Of a stretch of 64,000 nt of DNA, positions 37,945-48,034 are shown one piece after another (within the stretch, counting starts at the first letter, position 1; each line of letters starts with the position of its first letter). Position numbers and translations under genes: made by a program. The DNA comes from Terriglobia bacterium (GTDB lineage: Bacteria > Acidobacteriota > Terriglobia > 20CM-2-55-15): assembly GCA_965198225.1 (NCBI GenBank), contig CBDAOY010000009.1, positions 192,001 through 256,000 of the forward strand, in the 5' to 3' direction. The notes beneath the pieces are model-generated. The model saw only the letters and a program-made list of their open reading frames with translations. It did no database searches and was not told the origin of the DNA.

Positions 37945-38190
37945 ATGAAAGCAGCGAAAACAGGTCGCAACGAACCTTGCCCATGCGGTAGCGGCCAGAA
38001 ATACAAGCAGTGCTGCGCTAGAAAAACCGACGCGAAATCGGAGTTCATGGGCAAGTGGATCGCCGTGGCCCTCGGCGGGCTAATCCTCATCGCGGCGCTC
38101 GGTTTCGCCGCTTCCCTGTCGGAACGTGACTCGAGCAGGCCCCGCCAGGTGTGGTCTGCCGAGCACGGGCACTACCACGACGTGCCCTGA
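37945..38190 (+). CDS. SEC-C motif membrane protein
   Basis: [20 protein letters not shown] helix, [10 protein letters not shown]. Confidence 0.88.
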   Translation: MKAAKTGRNEPCPCGSGQKYKQCCARKTDAKSEFMGKWIAVALGGLILIAALGFAASLSERDSSRPRQVWSAEHGHYHDVP

Positions 38191-38304
38191 TCGCGCGCTT
38201 CGAATTCCCGCAGCCTCAGCCGGTTTGCGCGGCACCGCGTCTCGTTCGGTGTCAGCATCCGCCTTCGTCGGGTAAAGGGCTCGCGTTTGCCGACAGGGAG
38301 TGCG

Positions 38305-39333
38305 ATGGAAATCGGCAAGCAGTTTCATGGTCAACTGGGCAGGTCCCTCAACGACGAAGTCTGGGCGCTTCTAGGGAAAAGTGACCGGAGCAAAGACGAC
38401 AATCGGCGGATGGTCCACACCGCCCACGCCTCTCACTACCACTGGCTTCAGGCGGGCACCCCGGTGAACGAACAGCGGGGGGAATGGCTCATTTCTCACG
38501 TGTATGCAGAGCTCGGGCTCGCCAACGCCGCGTTGCGTCACGCACAGCGATGCGCAGAGCTCACTGAAACAAACCGGGACCAGCTGGAAGACTTCGATCT
38601 CGCCTATTCGGCTGAAGCGCTGGCGCGCGCTCACGCCATCGCCGGTCACCGGGACGAGGCCCAGGCGCTCAGAGAAAGGGCGCGGGAACTAGGCGATCAG
38701 ATCAATGGACCGGAAGACAAGAAGATCTTCGATGGGGACCTTGCCGCCGGAAACTGGGCAGGCGTGGACGGGCGGCAGGGGAGTGACGAGCGGGGATTCG
38801 GCCCGACCATGATTCGCGAGTGCCGACCCGAAGAGATCGCTTCCATCCTCGAAGTGATCAACGATGCCGCTGCAGCCTACCAGGGAGTGATTCCTGCGGA
38901 TCGTTGGAAGCAACCGTACATGCCCGAGGACGAACTGCGCGACGAGATGGTCGGCGGCGTCGTGTTCTGGGGTTACTACGGCGACGGACAGCTGGCCGGC
39001 GTCATGGGAATCCAGGACGTCGGGGACGTCACCCTCATCCGGCATGCATACGTCCGAACCGAACGCCGGCAAACAGGAATCGGGGGCCGCCTGCTCGAGA
39101 GACTCAAAGAAAAAAGTACGCTCCCGTACCTAGTCGGAACCTGGGCCGCCGCGACCTGGGCGATCGACTTCTACGAGAAACACGGATTCCGACGGCTGTC
39201 TCCCGAAGAGACTGTAAGAGTCCTGAACAAGTACTGGAGTATCCCTGATCGTCAGATCGAGACGTCGGTGGTGCTGGCGGACGAGAGATGGCCGCAACCG
39301 TCTGTTCCGGCATCGGGGAGCGAAGGGACTTGA
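38305..39333 (+). CDS. Fusion: helical unknown domain + GNAT acetyltransferase
   Basis: AHASHYHW..RGEWLISHVY..AEALARAH, then MIREC..LIRHAYV..QTGIGGRLL..AIDFYEKHGF. Confidence 0.8.
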   Translation: MEIGKQFHGQLGRSLNDEVWALLGKSDRSKDDNRRMVHTAHASHYHWLQAGTPVNEQRGEWLISHVYAELGLANAALRHAQRCAELTETNRDQLEDFDLAYSAEALARAHAIAGHRDEAQALRERARELGDQINGPEDKKIFDGDLAAGNWAGVDGRQGSDERGFGPTMIRECRPEEIASILEVINDAAAAYQGVIPADRWKQPYMPEDELRDEMVGGVVFWGYYGDGQLAGVMGIQDVGDVTLIRHAYVRTERRQTGIGGRLLERLKEKSTLPYLVGTWAAATWAIDFYEKHGFRRLSPEETVRVLNKYWSIPDRQIETSVVLADERWPQPSVPASGSEGT

Positions 39334-39387
39334 CCTGAACGGGCATTGAGGTGTTTCCGCCGAGGCACCCCGAAAAGGAGACTGGGA

Positions 39388-40905
39388 ATGATTCACGGTA
39401 AAACAAGAACCGCGGTGGGCTGGTTGATTCTCCTGTTGCTTCCGGTCGCCTGCCGGAACTCCGGCAGTGGTGAGGCCGAAGCGGTGCGCTTATCGCCGCT
39501 CGAGACCATGCTCGCGCGCGCCGAGGCGCTCGAGCTCGACACGGATTACGTCCCACCGCCGGGTGACGCGCTCGAGCACCATACCTCAGGGTTCGCAAAG
39601 ATCCTGTGTTCGGCCGTGTTCATCACGGGGCTGGATCCGGATTTTGCAGCGGAAAATGTCGGCTATTTTTCCAGCCCCTACGAAGAGCGCTCAAAGGTCA
39701 GCGAACGGGTGGTCGATCGCGAAAACAAGGCCGTCCACCTGACGCTGCCGAACGGCGTCACGCGTACCGCGAAGTACCTTGGCGACCAGGGATGTGTGAC
39801 CCTGCCGAAAGGAGAGGACGCGGTCCATTACGAGCCGGTCGAGATCGAAAGCACGCTTCCGGACCCGGCAAACCAACGCTGGCCCATGGGAGACGTTCTA
39901 GTCGATGATCCGATGCTGCCTCACGAACTCGACGTCGAGAAAGTCGCTGAGGCAGTCGATGCTGCTTTCGAACCGGCCGAAGGCATGACAGCAGCCTTCG
40001 TCGTGACGTGGAAGGGGCGGATCATCGGCGAACGCTACGGCGAGGGGATCACCATGCACACGCCCCTGGAGGGCTGGTCGATGGGAAAGAGTCTGACGGC
40101 CACTCTAATGGGTGTCCTCATCCAGCGGGAAGTCTACGATCTCTACCAGCCCGCACCCGTCCCCGAGTGGCAGGATGAAGGCGATCCACGTGCCGAGATC
40201 CGAATCGCGGACATCATGCACATGTCCAGCGGTCTGCGCTTCCGCGCGCCTCAAGATCCGGACTTCGATCCCGCGGCAGGCTATCCGGACCATCTCTATG
40301 TCTACACGGGCAGCGTGAATTCATTCGAGTGGGCGGCCACGCGTCCGCAGCAGTGGCCGCCGAACAGTGTAGGACGCTACCGCAATTCCGATCCGGTACT
40401 CACGAACTACCTCATCCGTCTCGGCGTCGAGAGCCAGGGCGAGGAGTACCTCTCGTTTCCGCAGCGCGCTCTCTTCGACAAGATCGGAATCCGCAACATG
40501 GTTCTAGAGACCGACCCTTACGGCAACTTCCTGCTCCAGGGCTACGAACTGGGATCGGCGCGTGACTGGGCGAGACTGGGCAACCTCTACCTCCAGGACG
40601 GCGTGTGGAATGGGGAGCGGATCCTGCCGGCAGGTTATGCTGAGTTCGTGAGCACTTTGGCGCCCGCGTGGGAAGCCGACGGGCGGCCGGAGTACGGAGC
40701 GTTTTTCTGGATCAACGGAACCGACGCGTACCCGATCCCCCGAGATTCGTATTACATGGCCGGGGCCGGAAACCAGAAGACCATCATCATTCCGTCGCAC
40801 GCCCTCGTTGTGGTCCGGCTTGGACACTACAAGGGCGGCGGTCCCGGCGACGATGGACTGACCGACGCGCTCGCTCTGTTGATGGAAGCCGTACCGGCAC
40901 GCTGA
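39388..40905 (+). CDS. Serine hydrolase lipoprotein (beta-lactamase family)
   Basis: Lipobox PVAC, WSMGKS, MSSGL, YRN, ARDWARLG. Confidence 0.9.
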   Translation: MIHGKTRTAVGWLILLLLPVACRNSGSGEAEAVRLSPLETMLARAEALELDTDYVPPPGDALEHHTSGFAKILCSAVFITGLDPDFAAENVGYFSSPYEERSKVSERVVDRENKAVHLTLPNGVTRTAKYLGDQGCVTLPKGEDAVHYEPVEIESTLPDPANQRWPMGDVLVDDPMLPHELDVEKVAEAVDAAFEPAEGMTAAFVVTWKGRIIGERYGEGITMHTPLEGWSMGKSLTATLMGVLIQREVYDLYQPAPVPEWQDEGDPRAEIRIADIMHMSSGLRFRAPQDPDFDPAAGYPDHLYVYTGSVNSFEWAATRPQQWPPNSVGRYRNSDPVLTNYLIRLGVESQGEEYLSFPQRALFDKIGIRNMVLETDPYGNFLLQGYELGSARDWARLGNLYLQDGVWNGERILPAGYAEFVSTLAPAWEADGRPEYGAFFWINGTDAYPIPRDSYYMAGAGNQKTIIIPSHALVVVRLGHYKGGGPGDDGLTDALALLMEAVPAR

Positions 40906-40909
40906 TGGC

Positions 40910-41434
40910 GTGATGACCTCATCGGGCAAACTGCGGGAGAAATGGCCATGGAACGAGGAGTATCTCCGCATCTTTGTCGCCGTACCCGGTGTGATCGGAG
41001 TAGCGGCTGCCCTGGTGCTCTACCCTGTGGCCGGTTTCCATTCGCTCTGGTTTCTGCTCGCAATTCCGTTCGGGCTGCTGTTCCGACTGACATTCGGTAT
41101 TGCCGGAGCCAGGGTGGCAGCTCTGAAGGAGTCGGTTTCACCTCGCGACGGCGAGATCGCCGAGGGGTTGCTCGTCACCGGCAACGTACAATCGCCGGGT
41201 CTGGCCGTGCTGGGATCATCGGATCTCACACTCGTTCCGATCGTCGGGGAGCGGCGCACGATCCCGTTGAGCGAGCTCCGGGTCCTCCGCCAGGGTCGCT
41301 GTCTGCCGGGCAAGTACGTGTGGGGAAAGCTGGCCTTCATTCTCAGCAAGCACGACGGGAAGCGCATCGCGTTTGCCATACCGGAATCTGTCGGCCGACG
41401 GTGGTCGGCCCGTCTCGATGGAGCAGCAGGATAA
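40910..41434 (+). CDS. Hypothetical membrane protein
   Basis: Two TM helices plus soluble C-terminus; co-oriented and tightly spaced. Confidence 0.6.
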   Translation: MMTSSGKLREKWPWNEEYLRIFVAVPGVIGVAAALVLYPVAGFHSLWFLLAIPFGLLFRLTFGIAGARVAALKESVSPRDGEIAEGLLVTGNVQSPGLAVLGSSDLTLVPIVGERRTIPLSELRVLRQGRCLPGKYVWGKLAFILSKHDGKRIAFAIPESVGRRWSARLDGAAG

Positions 41435-41522
41435 GGAACCGGATCGTGAAGAATTCAAGACCTGAAACACCCGGGCGAAGCGGCCGAGCGTTGCTGCTTC
41501 CGAACTAATCGAAAGAGGCCGG

Positions 41523-42041
41523 TTGAGGGTGGCTCGAAACATCGAGATCAAAGCCCGAGCGCGCAACTTCGACAGGCAATCGCGGTTGGCCGAGGACCTG
41601 GGGACCGGAGTCGCTGAACATCTCTTCCAGGAAGACACGTTCTTCGACGTTCCGAGAGGTCGCCTCAAACTCCGGACCTTCGAGAATGGTGCTGGGGAGC
41701 TGATTCAGTATGACCGTGCCGACATCACCGATCCCACGGAGTCCCGGTATGTGCTCGCTCCGACGGATCAGCCCCAGACCCTCAAGCAAGCACTGTCCAA
41801 TGCGCTCGGGGTTCGGGCGGTTGTCCTAAAGAAACGCGTGGTTCATATGGTCGGTCGAACGCGGATCCATCTCGACCGGGTTGAAGGCCTGGGTGAATTC
41901 ATCGAACTCGAAGTGGTCCTCGATCCGGATGAACCGGCTACCGACGGCATCCGGGTGGCGGAAGAACTGATGTCTAAGCTCGAGATCCGGAAAGCGGATC
42001 TGATCGAATCGGCGTACGTGGACCTGGCGACACGAGATTGA
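41523..42041 (+). CDS. CYTH-domain protein (class IV adenylate cyclase-like)
   Basis: NIEIKAR, QEDTFF, RLKLR, KKR, HLDRVEGLGEFIELEV, AYVDL. Confidence 0.92.
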   Translation: MRVARNIEIKARARNFDRQSRLAEDLGTGVAEHLFQEDTFFDVPRGRLKLRTFENGAGELIQYDRADITDPTESRYVLAPTDQPQTLKQALSNALGVRAVVLKKRVVHMVGRTRIHLDRVEGLGEFIELEVVLDPDEPATDGIRVAEELMSKLEIRKADLIESAYVDLATRD

Positions 42042-42475
42042 GTCTGGTGGAAGGCATGGTCACCGCGGCCGAATTCAAGAAACGACTGGCCGCTCTGTGC
42101 CTGAGCGGAGGGGGTCACACCTTGCCCCGGAGGCAGCGGGATCGGCTCATTCTCCTGCGAAGCGTTCTCCAGACCCTGGATGCGAGCCGAAGCTATCCGG
42201 AAAAGGAGCTGAACGCCAGCTTGAAGGGCTGGCTCTCTGACATCGGCACGTCGTTCAAGCTCGACCACGCCAGCCTTCGCCGGTATCTCGTCGACGAAGG
42301 ATATCTGGTCCGAAACTCTGAGGGCTCCGTCTACGAGGTTCATTTCGAAGGTCGTGGAGAGACGATGTTCGAAGATTCGGTTCAGGAACTCAACCCCCGA
42401 GCTGTTCTCGAGCAGGCACGTGAAGAAGCCAGGGATCGGAAACGCGCACACGCTCGAAAGCTGGAACAGCCATGA
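42038..42475 (+). CDS. DUF2087 domain protein
   Basis: YPEKELN...DHASLRRYLVDEGYLVR..GSVY. Confidence 0.85.
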   Translation: MSLVEGMVTAAEFKKRLAALCLSGGGHTLPRRQRDRLILLRSVLQTLDASRSYPEKELNASLKGWLSDIGTSFKLDHASLRRYLVDEGYLVRNSEGSVYEVHFEGRGETMFEDSVQELNPRAVLEQAREEARDRKRAHARKLEQP

Positions 42476-42560
42476 CTCCGCCGCAGGAGGTGGCGTGCCC
42501 GGGATGCGGCCTGCGGATGCCGGAGAGCGCGAACGCGAGTTACGACGGGTATTTCAAATC
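42472..42560 (+). pseudogene. N-terminal fragment of a Cys-rich hypothetical protein
   Basis: CPGCGLRMP...YDGYF, then loses protein-like character. Confidence 0.4.
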
Positions 42561-42931
42561 CGGGAGTGGGCAAACCTCGTCTGGGCCACATGGTCCGCAC
42601 ACCACGGAGGCGTCGCGGATGTCGTCGGAAAGCATCTCGATTTTGATTGAATCCCGCGCATCCCGCCTTGTCGGCCCGTTTGATTGACACCTCCCTCCCG
42701 CGGCGCTAGGATGGCCCACGATGCCCCCGGAGGGGCCGATGGGCGAAGAGAACGTGCCCCCCATTGATGGCCTGGAACGCGACGCTGGTTCCGGGTCATA
42801 CCGTCAGCGGGTTGGATACCCTTCGGCGATTCGATCCGGGAACGAATCTACGGAGAAGTCCTAAAACAGAACTCGAGACCCCTCAGGTCTCGAAATCCGC
42901 GAGGGATCAACCCTCGCCAGGGGAGCGAACG

Positions 42932-43492
42932 ATGGTTGGAATAATGTCACTGTGGCTTCCGATCTTGCTGTCGGCAGTGTTGGTCTTTGTCGCCAGTTCT
43001 GTCATTCACATGTTCCTGCCGTACCATCGCTCCGATTTCGGCAAGGTTCCCGACGAGGACGGTGTGATGGACGCGCTTCGCGGGTTCGACATCGCGCCCG
43101 GTGACTACGTGATTCCCTGTGCCGGAAGCCCGAAGGAAATGGGTTCACCGGAATTCATCGAAAAGACGACCAAAGGGCCGGTCGGATTCCTAACGATGAT
43201 GGAGAGCGGGCCGCAGTCGATGACGATGAGCCTGATCCTGTGGTTCGTCTACTCGCTCATCGTCGGAGTCATCGCGGCTTATTTTTCCGGTCGGGCGCTC
43301 GGACCAGGTGCCGACTATCTGGACGTGTTCCGTTTTGCGGGCACCGCCGCGTTCGTCGCTTATTCGCTGGCGCTGCCGCAGAATTCCATCTGGTACAAGC
43401 GCAACTGGAGCATGACGCTCAAGTCGATGTTCGACGGGTTGGTGTACGGCCTGTTCACCGGTGGAGTCTTCGGGTGGCTGTGGCCGTCTTAG
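42932..43492 (+). CDS. Conserved hypothetical membrane protein
   Basis: [43 protein letters not shown]. Confidence 0.8.
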   Translation: MVGIMSLWLPILLSAVLVFVASSVIHMFLPYHRSDFGKVPDEDGVMDALRGFDIAPGDYVIPCAGSPKEMGSPEFIEKTTKGPVGFLTMMESGPQSMTMSLILWFVYSLIVGVIAAYFSGRALGPGADYLDVFRFAGTAAFVAYSLALPQNSIWYKRNWSMTLKSMFDGLVYGLFTGGVFGWLWPS

Positions 43493-43502
43493 GAGACACC
43501 AC

Positions 43503-44120
43503 ATGAAGAACGCTTCACCCCAGGTCGACGCCTATATCGAAGAGTCCGCAGATTTTGCCAAGCCGGTACTCGTCAAGCTGCGGAAGCTCGTCCACAAGGG
43601 CTGTCCTGTGGCTGAAGAAACCATAAAATGGGGCAACCCATACTTCGTACACAAAGGAATGCTCGCGGGAATGGCGGCGTTCAAGGCGCATGTCGGCTTC
43701 AGTTTCTGGAAAGGCAAATTGCTTTCCGACCCGCACGGCCTTTTCGATGGGGTCGGCAATACCGGCATGACCGCCATCAAGGCGACGGACGTCTCAGAGC
43801 TTCCACCGGACAAGGTGATGCTCCAGTACATCAGGGAAGCCGTCGAGCTCAACGACGCGGACGGGAAACCCAAGGAAACGAAGCCCAAGAAGAAAGCCGC
43901 GAAGCTGAAGGTTCCCGACTACTTCATCGCCGCGTTGAAGAAGAACAAGAAGGCGCGCGCCACCTTCGAGAGCTTCAGTCAGTCACACCGCAACGAATAC
44001 GTCGAGTGGATCGTGGAAGCCAAGCAGGAGGCCACGCGCACGAAGAGGCTGGGGACCGCGATCGAATGGATGGCGGAAGGGAAGCCGCGTAACTGGAAGT
44101 ACATGAAGAGCTGGAAGTAG
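43503..44120 (+). CDS. YdeI/OmpD-associated family protein
   Basis: EETIKWG.P, EYVEWIVEAK..TR.KR..EGKPRNWKY. Confidence 0.92.
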   Translation: MKNASPQVDAYIEESADFAKPVLVKLRKLVHKGCPVAEETIKWGNPYFVHKGMLAGMAAFKAHVGFSFWKGKLLSDPHGLFDGVGNTGMTAIKATDVSELPPDKVMLQYIREAVELNDADGKPKETKPKKKAAKLKVPDYFIAALKKNKKARATFESFSQSHRNEYVEWIVEAKQEATRTKRLGTAIEWMAEGKPRNWKYMKSWK

Positions 44121-44151
44121 CGGCTGCAAGACGACCCAGCTACCTAATACC

Positions 44152-44691
44152 ATGCCCCGACATCCGGATGCCGACGCCGCCCTGGTCCGCAGGCTGCACC
44201 AACTCGTGTTCGAAGATGAGGAGTTTCGCTCGGCGGTAGCGGAGGCGTTCGAGAGGGCACAGGCTGAGCTCGAAAGCGAAGAGAACACGCTTCCCTATTC
44301 CAGCGCCGAAGTCCCACTCGCTGCGTTCAAGAGCAAGCTTGCGGAAGACCTGCGCGACAAGGTCAACCTGTGCAGGGTGTTCATCCTCCGGAAGGGAAGG
44401 CGGATGGAAACGCCCGAGATCCACCGAAACAGCATCCAGCGGCTCACGTCCTACCAGGGTCGTGGCACCATCCACTCCGCCGCTCCGGGCGGCCAGGACA
44501 TGGATTTCAAACCCTACGCGCTGGACGATCCAGAGCAGTCCCTCGTCGCGGACCCGAACCAGGTCTGGGACGTCGTCCCCTTGAACACATGGCATTTTCC
44601 GGAGGCATCGGCCGAGGGTGACTGGCACACGGTCACGTTCCACAGCGCCGACAGTGCGGAGATCGTCGACGAATACACCACGCCACGGTAG
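44152..44691 (+). CDS. Hypothetical cupin-like protein
   Basis: EIHRNSIQR..G.G...VPLNTWH...VTFH. Confidence 0.65.
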   Translation: MPRHPDADAALVRRLHQLVFEDEEFRSAVAEAFERAQAELESEENTLPYSSAEVPLAAFKSKLAEDLRDKVNLCRVFILRKGRRMETPEIHRNSIQRLTSYQGRGTIHSAAPGGQDMDFKPYALDDPEQSLVADPNQVWDVVPLNTWHFPEASAEGDWHTVTFHSADSAEIVDEYTTPR

Positions 44692-44761
44692 GCGCCACGA
44701 GTAGAATCTCTTCCGTGCGCGTTTTCCTGGCACACGAACGCTGGGCTCTGCTGGCTGAGGA

Positions 44762-45259
44762 GTGGAGGCCGCAATGAGCGCCGTCATCCATCGGAACGCG
44801 GTACGCGCACTGCTGATTTCTCCTGAAACGGAAATACTGATGATACAGCTCCGCGATCCGGAGACGGCCCGCCGCTTCTGGATCGCGCCCGGTGGCGGCC
44901 TCCGCGACGAGGAGCCTCCCGAAGCCGGCTTGAGGCGGGAACTGTCCGAGGAAGTGGGGCTGGGGAACTTCACCCCCGGGCCGCTGGTCTGGAAACGCCA
45001 GCACACCTTCAACTGGGCAGGCACGCGTGTCTGCCAGAGGGAACGCTTTTACGCGGTCCGCACCGAGCGATTCGAGCCGGTCATGACCGACTCATACGAG
45101 GCGGGTTTCGTCGAACAGTTCCGTTGGTGGACACTGCCCGATATCGAGCAATCGGCGGAAGACTTCACGCCGCGATCGATCGTCAGAATCGTCAGACGCT
45201 ACGTCGAGCAGGGTCCGCCGGGCGAACAGGAACTGGAGTTCGAAGTTCTGATCGATTAA
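44762..45259 (+). CDS. NUDIX hydrolase
   Basis: PGGG...E....GLRRELSEEVGL Nudix box. Confidence 0.92.
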   Translation: MEAAMSAVIHRNAVRALLISPETEILMIQLRDPETARRFWIAPGGGLRDEEPPEAGLRRELSEEVGLGNFTPGPLVWKRQHTFNWAGTRVCQRERFYAVRTERFEPVMTDSYEAGFVEQFRWWTLPDIEQSAEDFTPRSIVRIVRRYVEQGPPGEQELEFEVLID

Positions 45260-45410
45260 CCCCAGCCCGCCCCTAGTGGCTCACGAAGGAGTGCCGGAAG
45301 CGAACTGGACTTCACGCAATCGTTTTCATATCGTCGAAGCCGTTCATTCCAGGAGGTTAATACCGAGTCCGGCTCATCGAGATCCCGCAAAGCCGGCGAA
45401 GGAGAGAATC

Positions 45411-46130
45411 ATGGCGTTCCACGGGTTTCGGGGTATTGGGCTCGGAGCATTGATCCTGGTCCTCACATCGTTCCCAATCGCGGGTCAGCAGGGGGCGACA
45501 GATGGAGAGTGGCGGGTTACCGGAGGCGATCAGGGACACACCCGTTACGCGCCGCTCGATCAGATCAATCGGGAAAACGTCGGGGAACTCGAGATCGCGT
45601 GGACCTGGAAGTCGGACAACTATGGCAGCCGCCAGGAGTTCAAGAACGAGACGACGCCCATCATGGTGGGCGGGGTTCTCTACTTCACGGCCGGGGACCG
45701 GAGGATCGGTCGTGGCAGCCGATGCCGGCTCGGGCGAGACGCTCTGGATATGGCGGATCGACGAGGGAGAGCGATTTGACAGGGCGCCCCGAAAGAACGC
45801 ACGCGGTGTAGCCTACTGGACGGACGGTCAAGAAGAGAGGATTTTCACAGTCACACCGGGCTTCCACCTGGTCGCACTGGACCGAGCGACCGGCGACCCA
45901 GTCGAGGGATTCGGTCGGAACGGCGTCGTGGATCTGTTTGCCGAACTGGGCGTCGACTTCGATCCCATCGGCTCGATCGGCAACAGTTCGCCCCCCGTCG
46001 TGGCCCACGATGTGGTCGTTGTCGGGCCGGCGCTGGTTCCCGGCGGCAGACCCCCTTCACGCCGAAACACCAAAGCCGACGTGATGGCGTTCGATGCGCG
46101 CACCGGTAAGAAGGTCTCGGCGGATGCCGC
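45411..46130 (+). pseudogene. PQQ-dependent (glucose/quinate-type) dehydrogenase, frameshifted near 45705 and 3'-truncated
   Basis: TRYAPLDQINRENV, TPIMVGG, then frame change to VVAADA, RGVAYW, SSPP, AFDARTGK, then abrupt end. Confidence 0.85.
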
Positions 46131-46190
46131 ATCGATACTCCTTTACGCTAGGCGATCCCTTATAATCATGCGGTTCCCACGGGATACACC

Positions 46191-46919
46191 ATGCGGATCG
46201 CCCTCATCTCCGACCTCCATGCGAACGAAGTCGCCCTGGGGGCGGTGCTGGAGGATATCGAGCGGTCCGACGTCGACGAGGTCGTGTGCCTGGGTGACGT
46301 GGCGACGCTCGGCCCGCAACCGGAAGCGGTAATCGACCGGCTCCGCCGGATGGAGTGTCCCTGCATCATGGGAAACCACGACGCGTTCCTGTTGGATTCC
46401 GAGCTGATCCACACCTACACGGAAGCACCGGTCGTCGTCGATGCGGTGGACTGGTGTCGAGACCAGATCTCGGATGAAGACATGGAGTTTCTGGGTTCGT
46501 TCGTCTCGTCGCTGGAGATCGAGCTGGAAGCAGAGAAGAAACTCCTGCTGTTCCACGGCTCGCCGCGATCGCACATGGAAGATCTGCTGGCCACGACCCC
46601 GGCCGAGGATCTGGATGTGATGCTGGACGGAAACCAGGCCGCTGTCATGGCGGGCGGCCATACCCATCTTCAGATGTTGCGCCAGCATGGAGAGACGCTG
46701 CTCGTCAACCCGGGCAGCGTCGGCCTGCCGTTCAGGGAGTATTCGCCGGGTCGCGCACCGACGGTGCTCGATCACGCGGCCTACGCAATCGTGGAGGCTA
46801 CAGACGGGCAGATCAACGTGAACCTGCGTCGCGTTCCGCTCGAACGACACCGGCTGTGCGAGGCGGCCGGGGGGAGGGATCACCCGCTGCGGGAGATGCT
46901 GCTCGATCAGTATTCGTGA
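46191..46919 (+). CDS. Metallophosphoesterase (YfcE-like)
   Basis: SDLHAN, GD, GNHD, HGSP, GHTH, NPGSVG. Confidence 0.93.
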   Translation: MRIALISDLHANEVALGAVLEDIERSDVDEVVCLGDVATLGPQPEAVIDRLRRMECPCIMGNHDAFLLDSELIHTYTEAPVVVDAVDWCRDQISDEDMEFLGSFVSSLEIELEAEKKLLLFHGSPRSHMEDLLATTPAEDLDVMLDGNQAAVMAGGHTHLQMLRQHGETLLVNPGSVGLPFREYSPGRAPTVLDHAAYAIVEATDGQINVNLRRVPLERHRLCEAAGGRDHPLREMLLDQYS

Positions 46920-46925
46920 GGAAAC

Positions 46926-47795
46926 ATGCTGACGGACTCGCAAACCCGACAGTTCTGGGACGACGGCTACCTCGTCGTCGAAGACGCGGTCCGCAGCGAG
47001 GAGCTGTCGGCCATCAAGGTCCAGCTCCAGGATTGGGTCGAGGAAAGCCGCTCCCACACCGAGCCGTTCGGGTCACCGACCGTCGACAACCGGCCACGAT
47101 TCGACATGGGATCGGAACATTCCCACGATCATCCGGCGCTCCGTCGGGTCAACAACCCCTCGGAGGTCAGTCCGGCGTACTTCCAGGTCATGAGTCGGTC
47201 CGCCATGGTGGACATGGTCGCGGATCTTGTCGGTCCCGACGTCAAGTTTCACCACTGCAAGATCAACCTCAAGTTGCCGGGCTCGTTCACGTCGGTCGAC
47301 TATCACCAGGACTTCGCCTACACCCCCCACACGAACGACGACGTCGTCACGGCTTTGCTGATGCTGGACGACATGAGGACCGACAACGGGTGCCTGACCG
47401 CCGTGCCCGGCTCGCATCGGGGTCCGATCTACTCGCTCTTCGATGGAGCCACTTTTTCGGGGAGGGTCAGCGCCGAAATCGGGTCGACGGCGCTTGAGGG
47501 GGAAGCGCCGATTACCGGAAGGGCAGGCAGCGCTTGCCTGATGCACACGCGCCTGCTGCACGGGTCTCGCGCAAACGAATCGGCGCAGGCTCGCGGTCTC
47601 TACATCTGCGTCTACGCTGCGGCTGACGCCTTTCCCATCGCGCGGAATCCCATGCCCAACCCGCAGGAAGGGATGATCGTCCGGGGTAGAAGGTCTCGGG
47701 TGGCGCGCCTGATGAAAGCCGAAATCGAACTTCCCGAACAGCCGAAGAGCGCTTCGTTCTTTACCGTAATCGGACAGGACTCGGCGAAAGGCTAG
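46926..47795 (+). CDS. Phytanoyl-CoA dioxygenase family protein
   Basis: DGYLVVE, HQD, NGCL..VPGSH, LHGS..N..R. Confidence 0.92.
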   Translation: MLTDSQTRQFWDDGYLVVEDAVRSEELSAIKVQLQDWVEESRSHTEPFGSPTVDNRPRFDMGSEHSHDHPALRRVNNPSEVSPAYFQVMSRSAMVDMVADLVGPDVKFHHCKINLKLPGSFTSVDYHQDFAYTPHTNDDVVTALLMLDDMRTDNGCLTAVPGSHRGPIYSLFDGATFSGRVSAEIGSTALEGEAPITGRAGSACLMHTRLLHGSRANESAQARGLYICVYAAADAFPIARNPMPNPQEGMIVRGRRSRVARLMKAEIELPEQPKSASFFTVIGQDSAKG

Positions 47796-47851
47796 CCCGT
47801 TATGCCTGTCGAAACGATAATCTTGTGCCAGTTACTTGCATAACGGGCCAG
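47792..47851. repeat. 60-bp mini element with 14-bp imperfect inverted ends
   Basis: ctagcccgttatgc ... gcataacgggccag. Confidence 0.55.
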
Positions 47852-47869
47852 GCGCCGAAGGCGCGGCGA

Positions 47870-48021
47870 GGAAGCGGCGCGCGGCTGGTTAGCGCCGCGC
47901 AAGCGAACGAGCCGGGGTTCCGGGGCAGAGCCCCGGCTAATTGGAAAGCCGGAAGCGGCGCGCGGCTGGCAGCGCCGCGCAAGCGAACGAGCCGGGGTCC
48001 GGGGCAGAGCCCCGGCTAATT
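47870..48021 (+). repeat. Tandem direct repeat (2 x ~72 bp) ending in a ggggcagagcccc palindrome
   Basis: Copies 47870-47942 and 47951-48021; related single motifs near 26032 and 57673. Confidence 0.85.
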
Positions 48022-48034
48022 AGCGGAGGAGGAA

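Noticed and set aside
34653-39345. Post-stop cccgaac/cctgaac as attC remnants
   Set aside because: Isolated 7-mers without palindromic partners are not sufficient evidence.
47870-48021. Possible CRISPR array
   Set aside because: Only two ~72-bp units with an 8-bp gap, and no cas genes.
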